Below the pieces are notes generated by a model that was given only the letters and a program-made list of their open reading frames with translations, had not been told where the DNA came from and did not search any database. From the NCBI GenBank assembly GCA_030583905.1, contig CP129481.1, positions 2,260,136 to 2,324,135 on the forward strand: 64,000 bases of DNA. The letters are read 5' to 3'. This DNA comes from Anaerolineales bacterium (lineage in GTDB: Bacteria; Chloroflexota; Anaerolineae; Anaerolineales; Villigracilaceae). The translations under genes were made by a program, and so were the position numbers. Positions 18,518 through 28,436 of the stretch are shown piece after piece. Positions within the stretch are counted from its first letter, which is position 1. Each line of letters starts with the position of its first letter.

Positions 18518-20806
18518 ATGCAGTTCGAAATGTTTTTAGCCCCGATGGCTGTCCGAAGTCCGCTGCCTTTGCTGTGGTGGCTTGGACCCATTGCGGCTCT
18601 GATCGCGCTCGGCTTTGCCTTTTACCTGTATCGCCAGTTGATGCAGTTAAGTGAAGGGACCGAGCGTATGCAGGAGATCGCCCAGGCTGTCCGCGAGGGT
18701 GCCATGGCGTACCTGCGCAGGCAATACAAGGTGGTTTCCATTGTATTTGCCGTGTTGTTTGTGCTCTTTTTGGTTCTTTCCTGGCTCCATCTCCAGAATC
18801 CGATCGTGCCGTACGCCTTCCTGACCGGCGGTCTGTTCTCCGGTCTGTGCGGTTATATCGGCATGAAGACGGCAACGAACGCCTCGGCGCGCACCACCTT
18901 CGCTGCCACGAAAAGCCTGAACAGCGCATTGCAGGTTGCCCTGCGCGCCGGCGCTGTGATGGGGCTGGTGGTGGTGGGCTTCGCCCTGTTGGATATCACG
19001 GTCTGGTTCCTGCTCCTGTATAACGTGTTCCCCGTGGCATTCCCCGATTCGTTCGGATTCCTGCTGACCGAGAATCCGCTGCCGACGATCACAGCGATCA
19101 TGCTTAGCTTTGGCATGGGCGCTTCGACCCAGGCATTGTTCGCCCGTGTCGGCGGCGGTATCTACACCAAGGCTGCCGATGTCGGCGCGGACCTGGTCGG
19201 TAAGGTCGAAGCAAACATCCCTGAGGATGATCCGCGCAATCCCGCTACCATTGCCGATAACGTCGGCGACAACGTCGGTGACGTGGCAGGCATGGGCGCG
19301 GACCTGTATGAATCCTATGCCGGTTCCATTCTGGCTACCTCCGCGCTCGGCGTGGCGGCGGTTGGTTTGGACGGCGCGGATGTCCCAATGAGCATGTTGT
19401 TCATCACCGCTCCGATTGCGTTGGCGGCATTGGGCGTAGTGCTTTCGATCATCGCCTTGTACGTGGTCCGCTCGAACGAAGACGCCACGCAGGCGCAGTT
19501 GATCGGCGCGTTGAGCAACGGTCTGTATGTCAGTTCGGCTGGCATCGCATTGCTGTCCCTGCCGGTGTTTTACTTCATGGGTCTTCCCAACTGGCTTGCC
19601 CTTTGGGTGGTTGTGTTGACGGGTCTTGCCGTCGGCATCGCGGTTGGCAAGTTGACCGAGTACTACACATCCCATGCCTTTTCTCCCACCCGCAGGATCG
19701 CTGAACAGGCGAACACCAGCACCGCCACTGCCATGATCGAAGGTATTGCGCTCGGTATGCGCTCCAGCGGCGCGCCGGTGGTGGCTGTCCTTGTCGGTAT
19801 CGTGATCAGTTACTATGTGGCGGGCGGCGCCAGCAACATCCTGATGGGCTTGTACGGTGTTGGTCTGGCGGCGGTTGCCATGCTTTCCACGCTCGGCTTC
19901 ACCCTTGCCACCGATGCATACGGTCCGATCGCGGATAACGCGGGCGGTAACGCTGAAATGTCCGGGCTTGATCCGCAGGTGCGCCACCGCACCGACCAAT
20001 TGGATGCGGTTGGAAACACGACGGCTGCCATCGGCAAGGGCTTTGCGATCGGTTCCGCCGCGTTGACCGCCATGGCGTTATTGGCGGCGTATCTTGAGGA
20101 AATCCGTCTCGTGCTGGGTGAACTGCGCGGCGTGAGTGAATTGATGGTCAATGGCGTGGCTGTGAAGGTCGCCGAATTGACCGTGCAGGACTTCATGACG
20201 TACTACAACGTCAGCCTGCTCAACCCCGCCGTGCTGGTGGGTGTGTTCAGCGGCGTTGCCACGGCATTCTACTTCTCCGCGTTGACCATGAGCGCGGTCG
20301 GACGCGCCGCTGGCGGCATGGTGGATGAAGTCCGGCGTCAGTTCCGCGAGATCCCCGGTATTCTCGAAGGTACAGCTAAGCCCGATTACGCGCGCTGTGT
20401 GGAGATCAGCACGGTTTCCGCCCAACGTGAGATGATCGGACCCTCCGTGCTTGCGATCGTCATCCCGGTGTTGGTCGGCTTGATCTTCGGGGTGGCTGGT
20501 GTGCTCGGCTTGCTGGCGGGGTCCCTCGCTGCGGGCTTTGCGTTGGCGGTGATGATGTCCAATGCCGGCGGCGCATGGGACAACGCCAAGAAATACATCG
20601 AAGCCGGTGAGTATGGCGGCAAGGGTTCTCCCGCCCACAAAGCGGCGGTCGTCGGTGATACCGTCGGCGATCCGTTCAAGGATACGTCCGGTCCCTCGCT
20701 CAACATTCTGATCAAGTTGATGTCCATGGTCTCGGTGGTGTTCGCCGGTCTGATCGTGGCGTTCGATAACGGTCAGGGCTTGTTGATGATGCTGCTGGGC
20801 GGATAA
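18518..20806 (+). CDS. hppA: Membrane-bound K+-dependent, Na+-translocating pyrophosphatase
   Basis: KAADVGADLVGKVE..IPEDDPRNP, DNVGDNVGD, GNTTAA (Ala = K+-dependent type), ADLYESY, GDTVGDPFKDT; RBS ggaggag before ATG 18518. Confidence 0.95.
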   Translation: MQFEMFLAPMAVRSPLPLLWWLGPIAALIALGFAFYLYRQLMQLSEGTERMQEIAQAVREGAMAYLRRQYKVVSIVFAVLFVLFLVLSWLHLQNPIVPYAFLTGGLFSGLCGYIGMKTATNASARTTFAATKSLNSALQVALRAGAVMGLVVVGFALLDITVWFLLLYNVFPVAFPDSFGFLLTENPLPTITAIMLSFGMGASTQALFARVGGGIYTKAADVGADLVGKVEANIPEDDPRNPATIADNVGDNVGDVAGMGADLYESYAGSILATSALGVAAVGLDGADVPMSMLFITAPIALAALGVVLSIIALYVVRSNEDATQAQLIGALSNGLYVSSAGIALLSLPVFYFMGLPNWLALWVVVLTGLAVGIAVGKLTEYYTSHAFSPTRRIAEQANTSTATAMIEGIALGMRSSGAPVVAVLVGIVISYYVAGGASNILMGLYGVGLAAVAMLSTLGFTLATDAYGPIADNAGGNAEMSGLDPQVRHRTDQLDAVGNTTAAIGKGFAIGSAALTAMALLAAYLEEIRLVLGELRGVSELMVNGVAVKVAELTVQDFMTYYNVSLLNPAVLVGVFSGVATAFYFSALTMSAVGRAAGGMVDEVRRQFREIPGILEGTAKPDYARCVEISTVSAQREMIGPSVLAIVIPVLVGLIFGVAGVLGLLAGSLAAGFALAVMMSNAGGAWDNAKKYIEAGEYGGKGSPAHKAAVVGDTVGDPFKDTSGPSLNILIKLMSMVSVVFAGLIVAFDNGQGLLMMLLGG

Positions 20807-20824
20807 ACATATTTTCACAACTTT

Positions 20825-20858
20825 ACACCGCTTCCGACCGGAAGCGGTGTTTTGTTTT
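20825..20858 (+). terminator. Rho-independent terminator after hppA
   Basis: ACACCGCTTCCG-ac-CGGAAGCGGTGT followed by TTTGTTTT. Confidence 0.8.
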
Positions 20859-20907
20859 AACATCTTTGTAATTTTGAATTTGAATGTTGCCGGCTATAAT
20901 TTAAATC

Positions 20908-22206
20908 ATGGATGTCTTGTTGCCTTTTGAGCGCTTAAGAAAATGGGGGATGAAGGGCGGGCTTGCAATTCTTGACCAGGGTGTGTTTTCCGGCGCGAAT
21001 TTTCTATTAACGATCCTGTTGGCTCGCTGGCTGGTTCCGGATCAATACGGTGCCTATGCCATCGGTTTTTCTGCGTTGGTTTTTTTCTTACAACTCCTTT
21101 TTTCCTTTGTTTTGGAACCGATGGCGGTCTTGGGACCATCCTCGCATGGAGAAGATCTGTCGGATTATCTTTCGGCACAGGTCCGCTTATATTTTATTTT
21201 TATCGGGGTATTGGGCTTGATCATTGCCGGTGCAGTATTTATTTATGGTCTTATTGGACAGAACTCCCTGCTCTCCAGCGTGTTGGTAGTATTGGGTCTG
21301 GTTCTTCCATTTCTTCTTTTTCCATGGCTGATGCGCAGGATCTTTTATGTACTTGGAAAACCGGAGATTTCACTGGCGGGCAGCATCGTATATTTGCTGA
21401 TCTTGCTTCTTCTTGTTATAAGCGCAAAATGGGTGGGAGTCCTTACAGGTGCATCCAGTGTGCTTATAGTCGCATCAGCGGGATTATTAAGCGGTTTATT
21501 TCTTGTATTGTTTTTTAGGCGGAATTATGGATACGGAAAGAAAATAACTGTCGGCAAATTGTTTCGTGAAAACTGGGTCTTTGGAAAGTGGTTGGTTCTT
21601 TCAGGAATTTTGATGATCGCCGCTGGACAGGTGCAAATTTACCTTGCAGGGACTATTTTAGGTCTGGAAGAAGCAGGTGTGATATACGCATTGCAGACCC
21701 TTTCCCAACCGATCACACTTAGCATCACCGCGGTGACTGCGGTGATCACTCCCAGTCTTGCCGCTGACTTCGCCAGAGGTGATATTGATTCCCTTAAGAA
21801 AAAGGTAAAGCTCATGACCATCACTTTGGCAGGGCTTGCGATGCTATTCGAATTATTCTTGTTTTTTTTCCGGGTGCCACTTGAGCAAATAGTGTTTGAT
21901 GGAATATTCTCAAACCATGTTGATTTGATCCCAATTTTGGGATTGTGTCCGCTGATTGCCTCGCTATTTTCCGGTATGCAATATGCCTTACAAGCTGCGA
22001 AGCGACCGGATGCGCTGCTTTTTGCATCCCTTATTTGGTTTCCGGTCAGTCTTGGGCTTGGATTGTTTTTTATTCGCTCTTGGGGATTATGGGGGGGGGC
22101 GTGGGCAACGGTTTTAGGCTATCTGGTGCTGGGTGTGACTTTAGCCCTTTTATATTGGCTCTGGCTTGTAAAACGTCCGAATCTTAAGTGGCCCGGGACA
22201 GTATGA
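20908..22206 (+). CDS. Polysaccharide flippase (Wzx/MATE-like)
   Basis: About 12 TM helices; ILDQGVFSGANF..ILLARWL.P.QYG; first gene of the EPS cluster. Confidence 0.8.
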   Translation: MDVLLPFERLRKWGMKGGLAILDQGVFSGANFLLTILLARWLVPDQYGAYAIGFSALVFFLQLLFSFVLEPMAVLGPSSHGEDLSDYLSAQVRLYFIFIGVLGLIIAGAVFIYGLIGQNSLLSSVLVVLGLVLPFLLFPWLMRRIFYVLGKPEISLAGSIVYLLILLLLVISAKWVGVLTGASSVLIVASAGLLSGLFLVLFFRRNYGYGKKITVGKLFRENWVFGKWLVLSGILMIAAGQVQIYLAGTILGLEEAGVIYALQTLSQPITLSITAVTAVITPSLAADFARGDIDSLKKKVKLMTITLAGLAMLFELFLFFFRVPLEQIVFDGIFSNHVDLIPILGLCPLIASLFSGMQYALQAAKRPDALLFASLIWFPVSLGLGLFFIRSWGLWGGAWATVLGYLVLGVTLALLYWLWLVKRPNLKWPGTV

Positions 22207-23414
22207 TGAGAGTTGTAGTTGCACATAATTTTTATCGTCAATCAGGCGGCGAGGACGCCGTATTTACATCTGAAAGCAGTTTATTGGAACAGTACGGACA
22301 TGAAGTGATACGTCATACGGTTTCCAATCAAGACGTAGATTTTCATTCGCGGCTTAAGTTGGCGGGGGCGACTTTATGGAATCATTCCGAATATAAGAAA
22401 ATAAAAAAGTTACTTCGCGAGAAGCGTCCGGATATTATTCATGTTCATAACACTCTCCCCTTGCTTTCTCCTTCGATCTATTATGCTGCTGGGGCGGAGG
22501 GGGTTCCGGTAGTTCAAATGTTGCACAATTACAGGCCGTTTTGTCTAAACGGCGTTTTATATCGTGATGGCCATCTTTGTGAAGATTGCATAGGGCGTAT
22601 TCCCCTTCCAGGCGTTTTGCACAAATGCTATCGGGGTTCGTACGCAGCCTCCGCCGGGGTGCTTTCTCTTAATGTTGCTTATTTTCGATTATTAAAGACA
22701 TATCAAAAGCATATATCGGTTTTTATCACCAGCACTCAATTTGCCAAGAATCTTTTTATTAAGATGGGATTGAAGGAAGACAATATAATAGTGAAGCCAA
22801 ATTTGGTGAAGGTGTTCGATTCTGTTGAAAAAATTCGCGTAGATTCCGAAGCAAGAAGCGGTGCCATATTTGTTGGCCGTTTGGACTCTCGTAAAGGGAT
22901 ATGGACGTTGCTCTCTGCAATTGAACGAACAAATATCCCCCTGACACTCGTGGGTGATGGGGATCTACGCATGGAAATTGAGGAATGGCTGCTGGAAAGG
23001 CCGAATCTAAAAGTTGAAATTACGGGCTGGCTGGATTCGGTTGAAGTTGCCGGTCGGATAAAAAGATCATCCGTGCTTGTCCTGCCATCCGAGTTCTATG
23101 AAAGTTTTGGCAATGTGATCGTTGAAGCTTTTTCGTGCGGGATTCCGGTTGTTACCACGAATATCGGAGCGCAATCGGAATTGGTCCAACATGGACGAAC
23201 CGGCTATTTGTATGCATATGGAGATGTTGATGCTCTGGCAAAGGCTCTGCAGACATTATTGGATAACCCAGAGTTGAGTTTGGTAATGGGAAAAAATGCA
23301 AGGCGTGAGTTTGAAATGAAATATACAGCCGAGCGAAACTATCGCGCTTTAATGGATATATATTCCGGTGTTATTGGTACGAAGTCAGTATTCCCTGACG
23401 GCAATATCGTTTAA
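22203..23414 (+). CDS. Glycosyltransferase family 4
   Basis: PDIIHVHN, LHNYR, FVGRL...KG, PSEFYESFG.VIVEAF..G.PVV. Confidence 0.92.
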   Translation: MMRVVVAHNFYRQSGGEDAVFTSESSLLEQYGHEVIRHTVSNQDVDFHSRLKLAGATLWNHSEYKKIKKLLREKRPDIIHVHNTLPLLSPSIYYAAGAEGVPVVQMLHNYRPFCLNGVLYRDGHLCEDCIGRIPLPGVLHKCYRGSYAASAGVLSLNVAYFRLLKTYQKHISVFITSTQFAKNLFIKMGLKEDNIIVKPNLVKVFDSVEKIRVDSEARSGAIFVGRLDSRKGIWTLLSAIERTNIPLTLVGDGDLRMEIEEWLLERPNLKVEITGWLDSVEVAGRIKRSSVLVLPSEFYESFGNVIVEAFSCGIPVVTTNIGAQSELVQHGRTGYLYAYGDVDALAKALQTLLDNPELSLVMGKNARREFEMKYTAERNYRALMDIYSGVIGTKSVFPDGNIV

Positions 23415-23440
23415 AGTTTCTGTGCTTGGAAGAATTAATC

Positions 23441-24178
23441 ATGAATATAATTGGCCTGAAAATCAGTTTAACAGATTATTCGAACGCAACAGGCTCTGTG
23501 ATGTTGTGGTCGCAGAATGACAAATCTCATTACATTTGTGCCGCCAACGTCCATATGTTGATGGAAGCGCATGACTCGCCGGATTTCGCGAAAATAATCA
23601 ATGGAGCCGATCTCATTGTGTCAGATGGCATGCCGCTGGTGTGGATGATGCGTTTGAAAGGACAGCGGGACCAACAACGTGTCTATGGACCCACCCTGAT
23701 GCTTCACGTGCTTGCGATGGCAGCATGGGAGAATATTCCGGTCGGGTTTTACGGCGGCACGCCGCAGGTTCTTGATGCGCTGGTCGAGCGGATGAAGGAA
23801 CGATATAACGGATTGAATGTCGTTTACGCATATAGTCCGCCGTTTCGGGAACTAAACCGGCAGGAAAAAGAAGAGATTGTGGAAAATATCGACCGGTCCG
23901 GCGTGCGCATTCTGTTTGTAGGGCTTGGCTGTCCCAAACAGGAGATATGGATGGCAGAACACCGCGGAAAGGTACATGCCGTCATGCTTGGTGTGGGGGC
24001 AGCATTCGATTTTCATTCAGGCTTAAAATTACAGGCTCCCTCCTGGATGCAGTGTTTGGGGTTGGAGTGGTTGTTTCGACTGTTGACCGAACCGCGCAGA
24101 TTGTGGAAGCGCTATCTATATCACAACTCCCGTTTTATATTCCTTGCAATAGCCGACCTGTTGGGTTTTCGTCGGTAA
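23441..24178 (+). CDS. WecB/TagA/CpsF family glycosyltransferase
   Basis: ANVH, DGMPLVW, RVYGP.LM, GLGCPKQE, GVGAAFD, GLEWLFRL..EPRRLW.RY. Confidence 0.95.
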   Translation: MNIIGLKISLTDYSNATGSVMLWSQNDKSHYICAANVHMLMEAHDSPDFAKIINGADLIVSDGMPLVWMMRLKGQRDQQRVYGPTLMLHVLAMAAWENIPVGFYGGTPQVLDALVERMKERYNGLNVVYAYSPPFRELNRQEKEEIVENIDRSGVRILFVGLGCPKQEIWMAEHRGKVHAVMLGVGAAFDFHSGLKLQAPSWMQCLGLEWLFRLLTEPRRLWKRYLYHNSRFIFLAIADLLGFRR

Positions 24179-24187
24179 AATCAAATC

Positions 24188-25597
24188 ATGCTGAGAAGAT
24201 TTTCGGTCAATTTTGCGCTTTTTTCCATGGTGGTTGACAGCGTTTTCGTTGCCTTCTCGCTGTGGTTGGCGTCATGGATACGCCCTCAATTAAACCAGGT
24301 GCCCGGAATTGCCCCCATTTCGACGTCCGTGGTTGTGCCTGTATTCCTGTATCTCATTTTTCCGACCATTTGGGTGCTCGTTTATTCGACTGCATCCATT
24401 TATGATGGAAGGAAGTATCTGCGGATTGTCGATGAGTTTTCCGCATTGACCTTGGGAGTGTTGATCGCATCTGTCTCCTCGGCAGGGGTTTTGTACTTTT
24501 CGTACCGCGAAGTTTCGCGCGCTCAATTCGTCGTTTTCGTTCTTCTTGTGTATGCTTTTCACCTGGTGTGGCGGCTTTTTGTCCGTTACTATTTTCGGGC
24601 GCAGAATGTTTTTTCGGAACAACCGCGTCGCGTGCTGGTCGTGGGCACCGGTTCATTGGGGGAAAAGGTCCGTGAGCAGATGCGGCTTGCTCATGTCCCG
24701 AACCTGAAGTTTTTAGGGTTTGTCGATCGAATCAAACAGGAAAAAACTCTGCCGTATTTTCTGGGCGACAGCGATGCCATTGCCTCGGTCATTGCAAAGC
24801 ACCGGATCTCTGATGTGGTCATCGCGCTGCCTCATTCCGAGTATCATCAGATGGGCGAGATCGTTCAGAAGATCGAACGGCTGCCTGTGCAGGTATGGGT
24901 TGCCCTGGGCTTTTTCGATCTGGCATTGTACAAGACCGCGATTGAAGATTTCGCAGGGATACCCATGCTGGATCTGCGCGCTTCTGCAATGGACGATTAC
25001 CAGCGGATGACGAAACGCGCCTTTGATCTCTTTTTCGGTCTTGCCGCGTTGCTGCCTGCCCTGCCTCTCATGGCGGTTGCCGCCCTGATGGTCTATCTCG
25101 ATGACGGTTCGCCTGTTCTATTTCGACAGAAGCGGGCGGGGGAGAACGGACGTTTTTTCAACATGCTCAAATTCAGGACCATGGTCAGGAATGCCGAGCA
25201 GCTCCAGGGTCAGGTGGAGAAGCGCGATGAAAAAGGGAATGTCATCCATAAATCAAAGGATGATCCCCGTGTGACGCGGGTTGGCCGTTTTCTCCGTCGT
25301 TTCAGCTTGGATGAACTTCCACAGCTTTTTAATGTCCTGCGCGGCGATATGAGCCTGGTGGGACCTCGCCCAGAAATGCCTCAATTGGTGGAAAAATACC
25401 AGCCCTGGCAGAGAAAGCGCTTTGCCGTGCCGCCCGGCATGACGGGGTGGTGGCAGGTCAACGGCAGGAGCGACAAGCCGATGCATCTGCATACCGAGGA
25501 TGACCTGTATTACATTCAGAATTATTCGATCTGGCTGGATGTGCAGATCCTGTTCCGCACGGCATGGGTCGTGATCATGGGGCGCGGATCGTATTAG
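24188..25597 (+). CDS. Priming sugar transferase (WcaJ-like undecaprenyl-phosphate phosphoglycosyltransferase)
   Basis: N-terminal TMs, [54 protein letters not shown]. Confidence 0.95.
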   Translation: MLRRFSVNFALFSMVVDSVFVAFSLWLASWIRPQLNQVPGIAPISTSVVVPVFLYLIFPTIWVLVYSTASIYDGRKYLRIVDEFSALTLGVLIASVSSAGVLYFSYREVSRAQFVVFVLLVYAFHLVWRLFVRYYFRAQNVFSEQPRRVLVVGTGSLGEKVREQMRLAHVPNLKFLGFVDRIKQEKTLPYFLGDSDAIASVIAKHRISDVVIALPHSEYHQMGEIVQKIERLPVQVWVALGFFDLALYKTAIEDFAGIPMLDLRASAMDDYQRMTKRAFDLFFGLAALLPALPLMAVAALMVYLDDGSPVLFRQKRAGENGRFFNMLKFRTMVRNAEQLQGQVEKRDEKGNVIHKSKDDPRVTRVGRFLRRFSLDELPQLFNVLRGDMSLVGPRPEMPQLVEKYQPWQRKRFAVPPGMTGWWQVNGRSDKPMHLHTEDDLYYIQNYSIWLDVQILFRTAWVVIMGRGSY

Positions 25598-25611
25598 TTT
25601 GGAGAATTGAG

Positions 25612-26880
25612 ATGCACGGGAAATTTGATAAAGTTTTCGACGGGCTTGTGCTTGGACTGGTCACATTTCTAACCCATTTGACCCTATATGTCTGTTACCT
25701 GGAGGGATTGACACCGAAACGCTCCTGCAATTACGGCTCGGCACAAAGTCAATTGAGCGTATTGTTCTTCATTCTGGTCGTGATCTTCCTTTTCCTGCGC
25801 ATGCGCCGCCTTGAAAGGAATTACTGGGATGGTTGGCGGCGCAATTGGGTCATGGGCGCATTTGTTACAGTGTCGGTCCTGTCGTTGTTTTGGAGCGCCT
25901 ATTTGCCCGCGACGATCTATCGGGCTCTTTTGCTCCTGCTTGTCACGTTCATTGCCGCTTATGCCGGGATGCGCTTTTCTGTAAAGGGTCTGGTTAATTT
26001 TGTGGCGGTTGTGGCGGGAATTTTTGCGCTGGTGAGCTTGTTTACGGCTGTTGCGTTCCCGCGGGTTGGCATCATGACAAATTTCCCTTATGAGGGATTG
26101 TGGCGCGGAGTATTCTGGCACAAGATCTACCTTGGGGCAATGATGGCTCTGGGGTACATTTCCTATCTTGTGATCTTATTTTCACCCTCTGGCGAGTACA
26201 ACCGCAGACAGAAAATATTTTCCGCATTTCTGCTGGCGCTTGGTGTGATCCTCGCAGTATTGAGCGACTCAGCTTCCGGCTTGGTCGTTTTTGCAATTCA
26301 ATCGGCATTGTTCGTGCTGGTTGTGCTGTGGTTGAAATGGGGGCATCTTGTTTCCCGGCGGATATATTTCATCATGCTGGGAGCGGCTTCCTTTGTGGCG
26401 CTATTGATCGTTACAAACCTGGAATTCATCTTTGGGCTTTTCAATCGCTCCGCCAACATGACCGGGCGTATTCCGATGTGGCTGCATGTTCTTGAGGCGT
26501 ATGCGGCTGAGCGCCTGGTGCTTGGCTATGGCTTTGGGACGTTCTGGCTGCAGCCCGGCATCAACCAGAAGGTGCAGGAGGTGGTGGGCTGGGGATATCC
26601 GGTCAAGGTCGCCGACAACGGTTATCTGGATATATTGCTGAATTTGGGCGTGGTTGGTCTGGTGCTGTTGTTGATCATGTTGGTGATCGGTGTTATCCGC
26701 GCGCTCAGGGTTGCACTGGCAGGACGTGACCTGATCCATTTCTTCCCGTTATTTGTGCTGGTTCATATTATTTTTATCAACATCAGCCTGAGCTATTTCA
26801 TGGAAATGGAATCCTTTGTTTGGTTCCTGTTTGTTGCGGTCTTGTTTATGCGTTCCGAGCGCGGACCAGTTCCATCGTAA
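25612..26880 (+). CDS. O-antigen ligase / Wzy polymerase family protein
   Basis: Multi-TM; RGVF.HK..LG, MTGR..MW, GYG...FW, DNGYLDILL.LG. Confidence 0.85.
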   Translation: MHGKFDKVFDGLVLGLVTFLTHLTLYVCYLEGLTPKRSCNYGSAQSQLSVLFFILVVIFLFLRMRRLERNYWDGWRRNWVMGAFVTVSVLSLFWSAYLPATIYRALLLLLVTFIAAYAGMRFSVKGLVNFVAVVAGIFALVSLFTAVAFPRVGIMTNFPYEGLWRGVFWHKIYLGAMMALGYISYLVILFSPSGEYNRRQKIFSAFLLALGVILAVLSDSASGLVVFAIQSALFVLVVLWLKWGHLVSRRIYFIMLGAASFVALLIVTNLEFIFGLFNRSANMTGRIPMWLHVLEAYAAERLVLGYGFGTFWLQPGINQKVQEVVGWGYPVKVADNGYLDILLNLGVVGLVLLLIMLVIGVIRALRVALAGRDLIHFFPLFVLVHIIFINISLSYFMEMESFVWFLFVAVLFMRSERGPVPS

Positions 26881-26887
26881 AGATTTC

Positions 26888-28432
26888 ATGGTGACCGTAA
26901 AAAAGACCCTTTCCGCTGGCGAATGGATCATCCTCCTCCTTGGCATTTCCATCCTCTTTGGCGGACTTGTTCGCTTTTTGCCGGGGCTGCAAGCGGGCTT
27001 TCCGCTCAATGACGGTGGGATGTTCCTCAGCATGGTGCGCGACCTGCGCGAAAGCGGGTATGCTCTGCCGGTCTTCACCTCCTACAATCACTTGCAAATT
27101 CCGTATGCGTATCCTCCGTTTGGATTCTATGCCGCCAGAATCCTTTCGGATGTATTCCGCATCTCCGAATTGGATCTGTTGCGCTGGCTGCCGCCTGTTG
27201 TAAACACCCTGTCCGTTGGTGCGTTCCATCTTTTGGCATCGGAATTACTTGGCTTGAAACTGCGGGGGGCGTTGGCATCCGCTTTTTATGCATTGACTCC
27301 CGGCGCCTTCGGCTGGTTCATCATGGGCGGCGGGCTGACGCGCAGTTTTGGTTCGCTGTTCCTGCTGTTGACCGTCTTTTTTGTGTTGCGTCTCTTTCGG
27401 GAGGGCGGCTGGAAAACTGTCGGGTTGGCGGCGGCTTGCGGCGGGCTGGCAGTTCTCAGTCATCCTGAAGCGGGAATCCATGCGGCGGCGACCTGCATCC
27501 TGTTGTGGATATTCTTCGGGCGTACCTTCCGTTCGTTTCTTGATTCCGTCTTTGTTGCGTTGGGCGTGCTGGCGTTGACAGCGCCCTGGTGGGGGACGGT
27601 CCTGTTTCATCATGGACTTGCGCCGATCCAATCCGCGTTGCAGACGGGTTCGCATGGGGCATCCTTGTGGCAGGCGTTGTATAAGGCGGTCTTTGTCAGT
27701 GAAGGGCTTTTGCCCCTGCTGGTCGTTTTGCGCGTGATCGGGATCGCGTGGGGGCTGTGGCGAAAACAATATTTTCTCGTGGTCTGGGTGGTTTTGCCGT
27801 ATTTAGTGGAGCCGCGCAGCGCGCCGAGTGTGACGTTTTATCCGCTGACGATGCTTGCCGCGCTGGCGTTTGCGGATGCGATCCCGCATTTGATCTCCCG
27901 CCTGAGAAAAATGGAAATGGATCTTGGCGAACTGTATAAGAGCAGGGTTTTCAATGCCGTCTTGTTTCTTGTGCTGACCCTGCTGTTCATTGAATCGGGG
28001 TTGTACGGCTTTCGATTGGTGAACAACAGCCTGAAGCCCGCTGACCTTCAGGCGATGGAATGGATCCGTACCAACACGGACGACAGCGCCTCCTTCCTCC
28101 CGTTGACCGGCGTGCAAAGCCCGGAGATCGATCCATTCGTCGAGTGGTTCCCCGCGCTGACGGAGCGCCGCAGTCAGTCCACAATTCAGGGATTTGAGTG
28201 GCTGTTGGGCGATGCGTTCTACACGCGATATTCCGAGTTGGCTGGACTGCAGCGATGCGCTTCAGTCGCCTGCGTGGAGGATTGGTCGGCGGTGACGGGT
28301 TTGGATTATGACCTTGTCGTCCTCCGCGAAGCCCGCACCGGGGACCTGACCGATTTATTCCGGGATGAAGATGGATATGCAGAAATATATTCTGTGGACG
28401 GAATCGCTGTTTTCGAATTGCGAAGTCCGTAA
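26888..28432 (+). CDS. GT-C (PMT/ArnT-like) membrane glycosyltransferase
   Basis: Multi-TM; NDGGMF, YPPFGF, GGGLTRS.G, LSHPE; C-terminal soluble domain. Confidence 0.65.
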   Translation: MVTVKKTLSAGEWIILLLGISILFGGLVRFLPGLQAGFPLNDGGMFLSMVRDLRESGYALPVFTSYNHLQIPYAYPPFGFYAARILSDVFRISELDLLRWLPPVVNTLSVGAFHLLASELLGLKLRGALASAFYALTPGAFGWFIMGGGLTRSFGSLFLLLTVFFVLRLFREGGWKTVGLAAACGGLAVLSHPEAGIHAAATCILLWIFFGRTFRSFLDSVFVALGVLALTAPWWGTVLFHHGLAPIQSALQTGSHGASLWQALYKAVFVSEGLLPLLVVLRVIGIAWGLWRKQYFLVVWVVLPYLVEPRSAPSVTFYPLTMLAALAFADAIPHLISRLRKMEMDLGELYKSRVFNAVLFLVLTLLFIESGLYGFRLVNNSLKPADLQAMEWIRTNTDDSASFLPLTGVQSPEIDPFVEWFPALTERRSQSTIQGFEWLLGDAFYTRYSELAGLQRCASVACVEDWSAVTGLDYDLVVLREARTGDLTDLFRDEDGYAEIYSVDGIAVFELRSP

Positions 28433-28436
28433 ATTC

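Noticed and set aside
18647-19999. 450-aa minus-strand ORF
   Set aside because: Antisense shadow of hppA.
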